This document shows, piece by piece, positions 23,301 to 35,335 of a DNA stretch of 64,000 nt. The notes under the pieces were generated by a model that saw only the letters and a program-made list of their open reading frames with translations, was not told the origin of the DNA and did not search any database. Both the position numbers and the translations under genes were made by a program. This DNA comes from Phoronis australis (Eukaryota; Animalia; Phoronida): positions 61,537 to 125,536 of the forward strand of contig NMRA01000473.1 in assembly GCA_002633005.1 (NCBI GenBank), written 5' to 3'. Position 1 is the stretch's first letter; every line of letters starts with the position of its first letter.

Positions 23301-26300
23301 TGCTTTGTAATCTGAGTTGTTGATAAGGATTAGCAGATGGTCATCACTGAAAGTAACTGCACCATTCATGTAATATAAACATGTCAGACATTTCCACATA
23401 GAAGCCTCGCCAAATGCATGTCTGGTGAGAGTACAAAATAAATTTGATGAATCCATCTAGAACTCACATTTCATATAAATGTACGTACTGGAACCCTGGG
23501 ACTTTCCCCGATTTTGCAAGACACTGACACAAAAACCTACAGTATGTAATTATAGTATTGTAGTTTGTACTGGAACTACACTTACCTTATATGGAACAAT
23601 TAGTTAGAATGGTTTATTATATAAGTCTTGCCAAACAGTTCTATGAAATGTGACTCATATGAATATGGTCTTGTGTATTTCAAAAACATGTTGTTGTACA
23701 GTAGTTAGTCAGTCTGCAATAAAGTAGTGTTCAATTAAAGACTTCTTCAGTCCTCTCTCCACTAGACATTACACATTACAAGACAAAAGTAGTCAAACAT
23801 AATAATATATTCCCATTACGACAACTAATGCTGTAAACAGCAAAAACTACTGGAAATGTTAGAGCGACAACTTTTGATTACAGAATGGATCAGACACGTT
23901 TACTAACTTTCCTGTTAACTACGCTTCATTCTTGCTACTTTGATGATGAATTTGGCTTCTGCCCAGCTATTGTGATGAGGAATTACGTTTTTTGTCTGAA
24001 TACTTTAGGCTTGTAGTATAACTTCTCAGCAACAACAACATGTCAGCAATATAGCTCCACAGCTATATAACTCCACAGCAATATAGCTCCACAGCTATAT
24101 ACCTCCACAGCAATATAGCTCCACAGCAATATAGCCCCACAGCAATATAGCCCCACAGCAATATAGCCCCACAGCAATATAGCCCCACAGCAATATAGCT
24201 CCACAGCAATATAGCCCCACAGCAATATAGCCCCACAGCAATATAGCCCCACAGCACACAGTATTATTGTTGTAGGCCTAAATTTGACACAGACGAATAA
24301 GCACTCGTACAATAATTAGATCTGACTTTGAATTGTCAAAATGCCTAAGGCTTATGTACTGAAATCTGTAAGACTTTCATACTAACCTGAACTTATCTAT
24401 GAATCCCACAGCCCGTTTCACATTTCTTGTCACCCCCGTGTCAGTTGGACTCTCCCTGATGAATGTTGGCAAACGTTGGCGCACTGAGAAAATAAGATTA
24501 TGATTAAATATGCTATTTTGGCCAAGTTATGCATATGCTGAGTCATAAACATACAACGTATACCATTAACCATAATTAGCTATTAAGGCTTTTTGCTTAC
24601 ACTTCACAACCACAGATAAATCATTAAATCTCAAAAAAGTTGTGATGTAATCTCTTCAATGTTTAGCATTCACTATTGATATGCGGTCCAGTATGTAGTT
24701 CAATTCAGCACAAACAGAGGTATTCAATGTGATTATTTAAAAGCTCTCTCAGGACCTTCAAAGATGATGTCATAAGCAGCATTCATAATACACACTGACC
24801 CGGGGCCAGTGGATTTGCAGCTGGGCCAGTAAACTTTCACATATAGGCTCTGTGTGGATGTGATCTCATGTTCAAGTAACCGGCACGGCGGGCCAACACA
24901 TTTTATTTGCTGCAGCTCGAACACTGGTCATAAGTAGAAGGTCTCCGCACAGCAATCTATTACTTCGTGATGAAACAAAGGAGCGCCACACTACCACTAT
25001 GAACATTAATCAGTGTTTGCAGCTCTCACCACTCAGTTATATATAGAGGCTCAGTGTCCAACTCACCTTCTTCCTCCTCCATGCGTACTGTAGTACTGTT
25101 TGCTCTGCTAGTCGCTGCCTGCATGTCAGTGTACTGTCGCTCCAGTCGCTCCAGTTGAAGAACCAGAGAGTTCTTCTCAGTGCTCAGAGCCTCCACCACT
25201 GTCTGCTTCTGTATGAGGCTCTCCGTCAGGGCATGTAGTCGGCCTTCCAGTTCTGACTGGGACGTAGAGCCCAGGCTCTTGGTGGTCAGCTGCAATATAT
25301 TGGTAGACAGGATCAACCGATGATGGTATGGCACAATGGTGTGAGCAACATAATGCCATTAATGACGCTCAGTTTCGAATCCTGAGTTTCATAGCAAACT
25401 TGGAAGTAACAATATTGCCCCTTAGTTTCATGTGCACCATAATACATGAGTAAATCAAAGTACAGTACAAATCAAAAGAATTCAGACAAAATGACCTGGA
25501 ATTCCCAGTCATGACAGCTACGAATAATCCAAATTCATCGTCAAAAAAGTCTTCCCTCATTACTGAGAATGAAGGGCAATCAACAAGTAAGTTAATAAAA
25601 AGTTAAATAAACAATGCTGCCATTAGAATTTTGCCCTTATAACAGTTATTACCAGCCATTTTCGCTGTTCACAGAATTTGTTGACATGATGCAGAAAAGG
25701 CATTTTACCTGATTACACTGTCTTGTTCTATACCATACCTCTATATATCAAGAATCCACACAGAAAGCTGGGTTGAACACTTATGATGCTACTCTTACCG
25801 TACCTCAATATATCAAGAGTCCTCATAGAAAGCTGTGTTGAACAGCGATGATGCTACTCTTAACTGCACAATGTTTTAACATGAGCCAATAATTACAACT
25901 TAAGTGGAGCAATTGAGTTACTCCAGACCAAACTAAAAACAAATACGACATCTTACCAGTTATTGAATGAACATAACTCTGTGGTCAACAATGGAATGAA
26001 GTGGACAATAAGACAAGGTCAAAGTAAGGACAAGTTTGTTGTTTCAAGGGTATGAAGAACAGGAGAATAACAGATTGATGTAATTTGTCATTCATCCCAA
26101 GATGAACTTCATAAATGACCTATCTAACAGTCTTTGCTAACAATGCAAACATTACTATAGGCATTCTGATTGTGTAGTCAAATAAAATAATGGGAATCAC
26201 GTACTTTGACAAGGGAGTGGAAAATAATCATTAGCAGGCTTCCTCATCATCAAACTGAAGTCTGAGATTAAAATATTAAGACAAAGCAAGTTTATTGCCA

Positions 26301-29300
26301 AAATAAATATTCCAGATTCAACACTTATTGTTGATAAACACACTGAGCCACACATACAAAATGCTCTTAATTCTTCTTTGTACCTGATTCCGTAGTTTTT
26401 CTACTTCCATTTCTCTCTCATTTATTCTAGACTGCAGAAGTGTTTTCTGTTTGACACTTTCTTCATGAAGATATTGCTGCTCCTACAATGAATATTACCC
26501 ACAATGTTTATACTTGAACGTTTCGTATAACTTGTAAATAGTGAGACCACTGACACAGACTCCAACAAGTACAACGCAGAGTGTTGAAATGCACCCACGA
26601 ATGCACTGCAAATGGTGTGCTTCTAGGGGTGTTATTTGTATCTGTAAATGGCCACTACATGACGCAAAATACGTCAAATCAATCTGAAAACGGGAACATG
26701 TCATCGTTTTTTAATAGAAAACTATTTATTAAATTTCATAAAAATCTGTAAAGGAACTTCAGAGAAACAAAGGAAAACGGAAAAAATGAAATTGCCAACA
26801 GGGGCACAGCATTCGTCAGATCCATCTGAAAGTCGTCGTCCTCCATTGTCAACTTCCTATGAATACACTTGCTAAATTTAATAAACATCCTGCAGAGTGT
26901 TTAGGAGATACAGCTATGGATGCAAAAAAAAAAACCGGCCACTAGGAGGCGCCACAGTAGTCGAAGTCGTCGGAAAATCAACTTCAGCCATTCTCTTATA
27001 TTAAGAACATCCATGCCAATTTTCACAATTATCCTTAGAGTGGTTTGGTTGACAGAGAGGCAGACGCGAGAACAGTAAAAACGGCCACTAGTTGGCACAA
27101 AATACCTCGAATCCATCCCAAAACAAGAGGGTAGCGTCATCTCACTAATAGATGCCTATAAGCCAAATTTTATAAAAATCCATCTAAGACCTTTGAAGAT
27201 ACGGAGGTAAACGTAAAAACAAAAATTGCCACTAGGGGGCACACCAGTAGTCGGATCTGTCCGAAAGTTCGCTCATACCATCCCATTCATGAAATGAATG
27301 CACGTGCAAAATTTCATGAACATACATCAAAGGGTTTTGGAGATAGAGCAGCGGACGCCGGACGGGGATGACGGCATAATGTGTCCAAATATAAATATGT
27401 GGGCGCATAAAAATTGCCACTAGGGGGCACACCGGTAGTCCGAGACGTTTTTGAAAATTGTCGTTGTTTCGTGTCAAGTTCATATGAATAATACTTGCTA
27501 AATTTAATAAAGATCCTGCAGAGGATTTAAGAGATACAGCCATGGGTGTAGAAAAAATGCCACTAGGAGGCACCACAGTTGTCGAGGTGGTCGGAAAATC
27601 CTCGTCAGAAAATCGTCAGCTGCCCTCTTCACAGTAAGAACATATAAGCCAATTTTCAAAATCATCCCTAGAGCGATTTGATTGATAGAAGGGCAGATGC
27701 CAAAAAAACAGACTCGAAAACAGTAAAAATGGACACTGTGTGGCACAAAACACCTCGAATCCATCCGAAAACGGGAGGATAGCATCATCTCACTAAAATA
27801 TAAGTATATCATCTTGCAAAATCTTATGAAAATCCGTTGAGGACTTCCAAAGATACAGAGGTAAGCGTAAAAAACTAAAATTGCCACTAAGGGGCACACC
27901 TGTAGTCGGAGAGGTCCGAAATTCGTCGTCATCCAACGTCAGCTTCATAGGAACACATCTGCCAAATCTCAAAAAAAGATCCTGTGAGGGGTTTAGGAGA
28001 TACAGCAGCGGACGCCGGACACCAGACGCCCAGAAAGAGATGACAGCAATATGAGAGCACACAACAAATAGTGAGACCACTGACACAGACTCCAACAAGT
28101 ATTAAGACCCTGAATGAACACAGTGGTCAACAAGTGGAAATGAAGAATCTGAAATAAGCAGTGTATGAATATTCAGAACACATTGTGTGAAAAAACAGAA
28201 TTTTCCTCCAAAATAGACCAAAGGACAATCAAACAGTACCTTCAGCATTTAAGCCACCACCAAACATATGGCTTATTGACAACAACATTTGAAACCGAGA
28301 CTTTTTACAAGTGGTCACCACTCATGTGGTTTTTTCACTGTTTACTTCAGAGGTTAGTTGTAGATTATTAACCCAAAATAAACAAGACCAGACCATAGCC
28401 TCCACCGGAAAAGGGGAGAGAAATTCGAGGTTAGTGGAACTTACTCTTCAAGATTTTCTCCAAATGTCACAATCTGCTCTCCCCCCAGACATCACCAAAT
28501 CTTTCCACTCTACTACTAAACAGCAGGGGGCAGACTTCATATGAACTGCACCCCTCCAGCTACAGACCTGAACTGCACCCCTCCAGCCGCAGACATGAAC
28601 TGCACCCCTCAAGCTACAGACCTGAACTGCACCCCTCCAGCCGCAGACATGAACTGCACCCCTCAAGCTACAGACATGAACTGCACCCCTCCAGTTACAG
28701 AAATGAACTGCACCCCTCCAGTTACAGAAATGAACTGCACCCTTCCAGCTACCGACATATTCTACAACCCTCGAGCTACCGACATGTTCTACAACCCTCG
28801 AGCTACAGACATGCACTGCACCCCATCAGCTACAAATATGAACCGACAACCATTTCACTATGTCAAAATACAACCAGCCACTGAAATTTACTTGTTTCTG
28901 TTTCATGATTTCGTGGTCGCCATCCTCTCGTCTACGCTTCTCCTCAGTCAGTTGGTCTTCTAGACTGCGCAGCTGGTCCATCAGTGAGTCACTGTCTGTC
29001 TGCAGTTGAGTCTCTAGATCCTGAAAACAGGTCAGAAGACATTCTTAATGATACAGTACAGATCAAAAGTAATCAGACAAAAATACCGTTTCCTCATCAT
29101 GAAGGGTCATTCTAGTTATTCAGGTGGTGCCATTATGAAAGGGAGTTTCAATTGCACTCTATCATCATGAATGGCAATTCAAAGTCATTTTCTCTGATTA
29201 TTTGTGGAGTGTAATGTACAGTACTCTGAAGTGTGATGTACGGAACTCTGGAGAGTAATGAGTAGTACTCTGGAGTGTAATGTATAGTGCTCTGGAGTGG

Positions 29301-32300
29301 AATGTATAGTGCTCTGGAGTGTAATGTATAGTGCTCTGGAGTTTAATGTATAGTGCTCTGGAGTGTAATGTATAGTACTCCAAACCATTTTTTGACTGTT
29401 TTGTTGATTGCAGCCATAAATCAAAAGTGTTACACCAAAAACAGTTTCATCTTGCTTGACATTATTGGCACACCATCTGACCTTTTTACGAAATTTTAAC
29501 GAAAGGAAAACCAGCAAATCTAAAGTACTCAATATTGGCTATAATAAGAGAAATAATTCTTTCATTTATAACTAATTTTTAGAGTAACCTATTCTAAAAT
29601 AAATGAGTTCTCAGGGTTTTACTCTACTCTAAGTTGGCGTGTGAGTGAAAATGTGACACAAACTCAGCACAGATAACCACTGCAAGTTTTCTCAGAATAA
29701 CGTTCATACCAAACAACACCACCATAATGAATGTCTTTAATGCAAAATAATCACGGCGCAATGGAATCTCATCACTTTTACACCATCTTTACTACCATCA
29801 GTGGCAAATATTGGGAACATGGAGTCCTTGTTCATCCTTTGATATTTCAAGAGGCTTGCCTTTTTTCTGCAAGGCATCAGTACACCCCACTGCACAGCAG
29901 TGGAAATTTGCCAGCATTACAACAGCAGGAAGGTGTTAAAACGCCGTTTATACCAGTTGGTTGAAACCTGTCTGCATAACATGGAATCTGTAAGTAGCGC
30001 TGAATGCCTGTCAATCAAACATCTGATCGTCGTCTGGCGTCATAGTGAATTTCAATATGGTGCGGCTATTTCAAAAATCACCCATTGCCTCAACCATGAA
30101 CATGAAAGCACAAAGTTTTCAGAGAAACATAGTCCTTCTCAACTAAGTCCCTACCTGTATTTCTGTACGTAGTGTCTCCACTGTCATCCGGCTGCGCTGT
30201 AGTTCCTCCTTAATGAGCTCCTTCTCTTGTCTCACTTCCTCTAGTTCAATGTCTGACACTCTATTGCCACTTGTGACACCACTCACAGAACCCTCCTTCA
30301 GGCTAGCTATGAGCCGGTCTTTGGACTGCAAACATAATACATGCAATGCAACATTGTACTACACAGCAGCAAATAGTGGAAAATTTGAAACAAATTGCAA
30401 CAAATTCAATTAGTTGATTTAGTACATGTTCTTCAAAACAATTACAGTAATCACTTTGAGTGGAGTTTAAATTTAAGCGGTACAGACAATTTTGAACAGT
30501 AAATAAAGACAATTCAAAACATGTGCACTCTTGTCCCAAGTAACCAACCTTCATAACATGTAAATATATTTTGTAGTTCACACAGCCTAACCTTACGATG
30601 TTTATTGAGCAGAAAGCCACACACCAAGAATTGATTTTTTTTCAGCCCAAATTTAGTTAAGCAGGGCTTGGAATGACCACCATCAGTAGCATGCGTCTGC
30701 GTCCTTTTAGCTCGCCCGTCCACTCCCAACCCACACATTTTTGGCTGCAGAGCGGTAGTATTTGCCGCCGCGCTTAACAATAACACGAGATGCCATTGAA
30801 AATCACACCACGCTGTCCCAGATGCCCCGGCAATGTTGACAATTTATGTTCCTCCGAAACATAAAGAGCAACTTCCGCTTTTCGAGGTGAACGTCGTTTG
30901 AACGCCGTGGTAAGAGAGGAATTTGCTGCGGAAATTTTATATCAAATCCGATTTTTTTACGTGGAAATATTATAAAAAAAGCGGAAAGCACATTTGAAAA
31001 AAGCGGAAATCCGCGTTTCCGCGGAAAATTCCAAGCCCTGGTTAAGACGATTTCCCAACTTGAGCATGGTTCTAAATATGGTTAGACTGCAACATATGGG
31101 AGGTCTGTTGAGTATGAGTCACATGGTGAACAGAAAGACTCTGTTAGGGCTGTTCCAGTAAAATCTGTATGGGAGGGGGGGAAGGCACCTTTTTTCGCAC
31201 CCACCACCCATATTTTTCATTTATTTCTTCAGCCTACCACCCGTAATTTTTTATAAGTTTGAAATGCAACCACCTGCATTTTTTTTTGTTCTTGTGGTTG
31301 ACTGCGCAGGCGTTTGAGTTTATCTGTTATTTTTTTGAAGTACGACCACCAGCCATTTTGAATTTAAATCAAACGCAACCACCCATAAATTTTTATTTCA
31401 GTTGCCTTCCCCCCCTCCCACACAGATTTTGCTGGAACAGCCCTTAGTAGTTCAGTCCTCAAAAATATTTATTATTCAACGGAACGTGTACTAAAGCACT
31501 CTCTTAAATCTAAGAATCAGGATACCATAAACAAATGAACTTTTTTGAAGAAATTGTGAACTGTACAGCTGGTAAAGTATGAACTAATGGCTGACAGAAG
31601 GCTGACCTGTAATATTCTGGCAGCTTTATCCTTGTACTCTGTCAACTCTTGTCGAGCCATCTCTGAGTTGCTCTTAGCTGCCTTCAGCTGATTCATCAGA
31701 TCTTGCACATGAGCTAATATTAGACAACATTAAAGTGTTCATGATATTACCAGCAAAAGAGAGAAAATATGAACTGATAAGAAAATTGAGTACTTAACAG
31801 AGGACTATATAATGTTCTCCTGTCACAACTTATAAATCAACAAAAAGTGAGACATGTGACAAAGGCAGGTGAGCTCCAAGTGATACGACCCATGTAAATT
31901 TTGGAATGTAGGACACTCACAAAAAATCTTGGCAAATGGAAAGTATATTATGAGATTGCTGTGAAAGTTCACCATTTCAGCCTGGTAGTCCAATCAGTTG
32001 AGTGACAACTACTTCGTCAGTCTACAATGACATAAGCTTACTCATCAGGTACTCGTTACTCATCTGGTCCTGCACTATACGCACAGAACAACACTATCCA
32101 TCCTACACTAGCTGACAAACTTCTCATCAAAACTTAGTGAAATGTTCTTTTTTAATATTATTACTGTTCGTTTTCTTCTCATATCTTTTTCAGTTTTTAC
32201 CAAAATTGCATAACTGATGAGATTTCTTAATGTAATGGCTTCTGCAAACCATACACATTTGATGAGACGGCATTTAGCAGGTCAATTTTCAGTTCCATGT

Positions 32301-33133
32301 TTTGCCCCCATAGAGAAGGAGACAAACCGATACAGCGTAATTTCCCAGGCAATCTCAGGGTGATGACGTGACATTTCAATAGTCTGATGAATATCAAATA
32401 GTTAAATGTAGGGCATTTGCAAACATGTGACCTCTTAAGGCCTCTGTTAACAAAGTGCCCACCTTTTTCTTCATTCAGTTTCCTCTCTGCAGATGTCAGG
32501 TTCTCTGCAAGCACCTGTTGTTCTGACTCAAGCTTGTGCTGTCGCTCAATGTGTTCTTTCTGCAACAAAAAATGAAATGGTAGTGTTCGCCACGCGCAGT
32601 TACCACGTATGCACATACTAGGACCTGGAACCAAAAATACACACTGGTGCAAGAACAGGAACCAAGCAGCCATATGCAAAACACTTGAGAGAAAATAATT
32701 TACAATCCATATGTCTAAATGCATACAAATATGGCAAACAAAACGCCAAGTCGTTGCCACTGCTACTGTCTGTTGGTTATTTCATACTGGATTTCGCAAA
32801 CAGTATAGCATAGCTCAGGAGAATTTGCATAATGAACCCACAAACATTATTTTGTCACGAGGAGTGCTAAACACTTTTTTCCTCTGATAAGAAATATTGA
32901 AGTGACACTATGTTGCCTATGAAGCAACCTTCATCAATTTGATGGGTGCTCTGGCATACCTGTGCTCTGGCATACCTGTGCTTGTTTATAGGCCTCTTGC
33001 TCTCGCTGTAAGGTCATCTCAAGGTCGTGGTTTTTGTCCTTAAGGGACTCCAAGGCATGACTCTGGACACCATGCGAGCTGGTGTGGTCAGCAAGCATCC
33101 TACCAGCAGATAACATAGAATGTCAGAACACAC

Positions 33134-33172
<39 letters not shown>

Positions 33173-35033
33173 TAAATCAAATAAAAAGAAAAAATAAACT
33201 CCGTTAAATATTTATATCGTAGACCGTAATTGCCATAAGGAATATGCAATCATTATTTTGAATAAAGTAGGGTGTTTTGAAAGGAGTAATCCCCATTGAC
33301 TACAACAGTACCTATCCCTTTCAGTCTCCAACTTGTTCACCAGTGTATCCCTCGTCCTCAATTGCTGGTCAGCCTCATCTAGCCTCACTCTCAGTACGGC
33401 CAGCTGGGAGTCCTTGGCAGTCAATGCCTCAGTTAAATCATTTTCACGTGATTGGAGCTCACGCACGAGCTGGTCACGACCAGATGTCTGCTGCGTCTCA
33501 TGACGAAGTTGATCCTCCACCATTCTCAGCTCTGAAAGAGAAAGTCAAATTTAATAGTTTAGAGTTGCTACATAAATTGACAAAAAATAATTTTCAAATA
33601 ATATTTTCATGTCATTCAGATAACTACCATGGGTATCAGATAACTACCATCTTGCAGTAGGATCATCTTACTATACATGTCTTCTACTGCTCTCCAGATT
33701 CTAAAAACAAAACTCCGATTCTCAACAATGGAACTGATCTTCAAGAACAATTTTAATCAGTTTCAAAAACAAATTTAAAACTATCCTAATTGCAAATGCC
33801 GATTCCATGCTCCAATCAATTACATTTTTAGTTTGAGAGAAAACCATGATTGCATTACATAGCTTCACACAGTCAAAGTTGTACTGACATACTGACCTAC
33901 TTACAGCTCAGGAAGGAATAACTATGGCATATTTGTTGGACCAAATGAGAAATTCAATTGTTTTTTAAAAGTTTCAATAGCTTAGCTAGATTAAAACAAT
34001 CAGTGCAGCAAACAACCTTCTTGTGTGGTTTGCGCCCTCTGTATCACTGAGGCCATTTCCTCATTCAGTGACGCCACCTCCCGTCTCAGTAGTTTGTTTT
34101 CCAGCTCGAGTGACGAGCTTTGCTTGTCCACAGACATTTCCTCAGCATTGCTATGGTAACCACTGGATGTGTGGTTGTGATGTCCATCATCCTCCTGGTC
34201 CGGCAAGGATTGGTCACTTCCATCATCTGTAAATGAACACAGCTATTACATTTCATTGCCATAATGATGCATGTGAAACTGCCTTTACTGTTCATGAGAT
34301 AAAAGCTAGTAAGTCACATTGGTTTTGTCTCCATGTTAAACATAAAATCTCACCATGTACGAAGTATTATCATGACTTTACTTTCACAGAGATGAAAATC
34401 GTACTCTTGTTTCTTCACTCCCGACACTTGTAACACATACAAGGTAATCAACAAGTGCAGTGTTGATTGAAGCATGCACCAACCTGGTTTATCAGAAGAG
34501 GGGGGTGCCACCATGGTTAACCCAACATTTGAGCTCCTAGTAGATGAGACACTCGAGTGTCTTGAATGGCGAGCACTGCTGATGCTAAGTGATGCCTTAG
34601 CTTTCTTCTCGGCTAAGTTTGTATCAGGGCTGTTTAAAAATTCAAACAATTCCTCATCTTTATCCTTTTTTGGAGGCTTGGTGGGCCTTGGTTCTCTTCC
34701 ATTTGTAATGAGTGACTGAGAAACATGACCACTGGTTCGGGTTTGAGAATAGGCTGTATGATCACCATCAACGTGATCGATGGAATCATTACGCTTGTGC
34801 TCTACCACAACTGCAGAGTTTTTTGAAAAATCAGGCACACTCTTTGACGATGACACAGCTGATGTTTGTCTCAGCCATGCTGAAGCATCGTAGTCGTGAC
34901 TAATTCCCCTTGTTGGTGGCTGGTGTTTCTGCTGCCATTGCGCAGCTTCTAGCTCCTCACGCTGGAATGCATCAGCAGCAGACTGGTCGACTTTGTTTAA
35001 CAAATCTTCAGCCTTGCCCAGTAACCAGGCCAT
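20200..35033 (-). CDS. GOLGA5: Golgin subfamily A member 5 (golgin-84), spliced CDS of 13 exons, 734 aa
   Basis: Phase-consistent GT-AG exons totalling 2205 nt. N-terminus MAWLLGKAEDLLNKVDQSAA; long coiled coil (AKDSQLAVLRVRLDEAD; ELEGRLHALTESLIQKQTVVEALSTEKNSLVLQLERLE); C-terminal IDKFSIRLGVFLRRYPIARVFVIVYMLLLHFWTMVVLLTYQPEIH TM signature of golgin-84. Confidence 0.96.
21060..21478 (+). mobile_element. 3' remnant of a CR1/L2/RTEX-like LINE
   Basis: RRILARYRCS..IETG..C..EN..HF..CP motif in ORF 20891, then AATAAA and (ATTCTG)n tail. Confidence 0.6.
21577..21640 (-). CDS. GOLGA5: golgin-84 coding exon 12
   Basis: tttcag|C IRLGVFLRRYPIARVFVIVYM|gtaagg. Confidence 0.94.
24044..24256. repeat. 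16-bp minisatellite (CAGCAATATAGCCCCA) x~13
   Basis: Tandem copies. Confidence 0.95.
24387..24483 (-). CDS. GOLGA5: golgin-84 coding exon 11
   Basis: tctcag|TG RQRLPTFIRESPTDTGVTRNVKRAVGFIDKF AG|gttagt. Confidence 0.92.
25067..25289 (-). CDS. GOLGA5: golgin-84 coding exon 10
   Basis: ttgcag|LTTKSLGSTSQSELEGRLHALTESLIQKQ..MEEEE G|gtgagt. Confidence 0.94.
25736..25862. repeat. ~64-bp imperfect tandem duplication
   Basis: TACCTC.ATATATCAAGA..AGAAAGCTG.GTTGAACA..ATGATGCTACTCTTA occurs twice. Confidence 0.75.
26384..26482 (-). CDS. GOLGA5: golgin-84 coding exon 9
   Basis: ttgtag|EQQYLHEESVKQKTLLQSRINEREMEVEKLRNQ|gtacaa. Confidence 0.92.
26565..28065 (-). mobile_element. Composite of two HINE-like elements of the same family as 14019-15508
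   Basis: 26930-27412 is the reverse complement of 14019-14500; 3' end GGGTGCATTTCAAC..CTTGTT at 26565-26597; a second related unit at 27414-28065. Confidence 0.75.
28535..28842. repeat. 27-bp minisatellite (ATGAACTGCACCCCTCCAGCTACAGAC) x~11
   Basis: Tandem copies, degenerating rightwards. Confidence 0.93.
28892..29020 (-). CDS. GOLGA5: golgin-84 coding exon 8
   Basis: tttcag|DLETQLQTDSDSLMDQLRSLEDQLTEEKRRREDGDHEIMKQKQ|gtaaat. Confidence 0.9.
29206..29381. repeat. 22-bp minisatellite (GGAGTGTAATGTATAGTGCTCT) x~8
   Basis: Tandem copies. Confidence 0.9.
30155..30325 (-). CDS. GOLGA5: golgin-84 coding exon 7
   Basis: ttgcag|SKDRLIASLKEG..ETLRTEIQ|gtaggg. Confidence 0.93.
30662..31040. mobile_element. 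hAT-like MITE, 13-bp TIR CAGGGCTTGGAAT, 6-bp TSD GTTAAG
   Basis: gttaag|CAGGGCTTGGAAT ... ATTCCAAGCCCTG|gttaag; subterminal GCGGAAA repeats. Confidence 0.75.
31147..31443. mobile_element. PIF/Harbinger-type MITE, ~40-bp TIR, TTA TSD
   Basis: tta|GGGCTGTTCCAGTAAAATCTGT ... ACAGATTTTGCTGGAACAGCCC|tta. Confidence 0.8.
31607..31713 (-). CDS. GOLGA5: golgin-84 coding exon 6
   Basis: attag|CT HVQDLMNQLK..QELTEYKDKAARILQ|gtcagc. Confidence 0.92.
32463..32559 (-). CDS. GOLGA5: golgin-84 coding exon 5
   Basis: ttgcag|KEHIERQHKLESEQQVLAENLTSAERKLNEEK G|gtgggc. Confidence 0.92.
32976..33099 (-). CDS. GOLGA5: golgin-84 coding exon 4
   Basis: ggtag|G MLADHTSSHGVQSHALESL..AYKQAQ|gtatgc. Confidence 0.9.
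33137..33172. repeat. (TAA)n microsatellite
   Basis: Direct reading. Confidence 0.9.
33312..33531 (-). CDS. GOLGA5: golgin-84 coding exon 3
   Basis: tttcag|AG..LRMVEDQ..AKDSQLAVLRVRLDEADQ..ERD AG|gtactg. Confidence 0.93.
34017..34226 (-). CDS. GOLGA5: golgin-84 coding exon 2
   Basis: ttacag|AT..SSLELENKLLRREVASLNEEMASVIQRAQTTQE G|gttgtt. Confidence 0.92.
34484..35033 (-). CDS. GOLGA5: golgin-84 coding exon 1 (exon begins at acceptor 35067)
   Basis: ATG 35033; MAWLLGKAEDLLNKVDQ..DEELFEFLNS..SDKP G|gttggt. Confidence 0.92.
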
Positions 35034-35335
35034 GTTAAGAGAGTGTAGATGGGATCACGTTCACATACTGAAAACACAGTCAGATACATGTAAATCCTTT
35101 ATTTCCAGATTTGTACACAACTAAAACAATAAAGTCATCTGCCAGTCAAGGTCTCATGTTTTGGAAAAGCTGCACAAAGGCACATAAGCAAAGATAAGCA
35201 AGGTTTGAAATGCTATGATTAGCCAAGCAACGCACTATAATTACTTGTAAATAGTGCAGTGGGCAGTGTTTAAAGTTTGATGCAGCAATTCAAAGGACAA
35301 TCCACCATTTAAAAGTGGCCACTTTTACAGCTTAC

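Noticed and set aside
23940-24000. Box C/D snoRNA on the + strand (ATGATGA..GTGATGA..CTGA)
   Set aside because: Antisense to the host gene, too short, and no recognisable rRNA guide.
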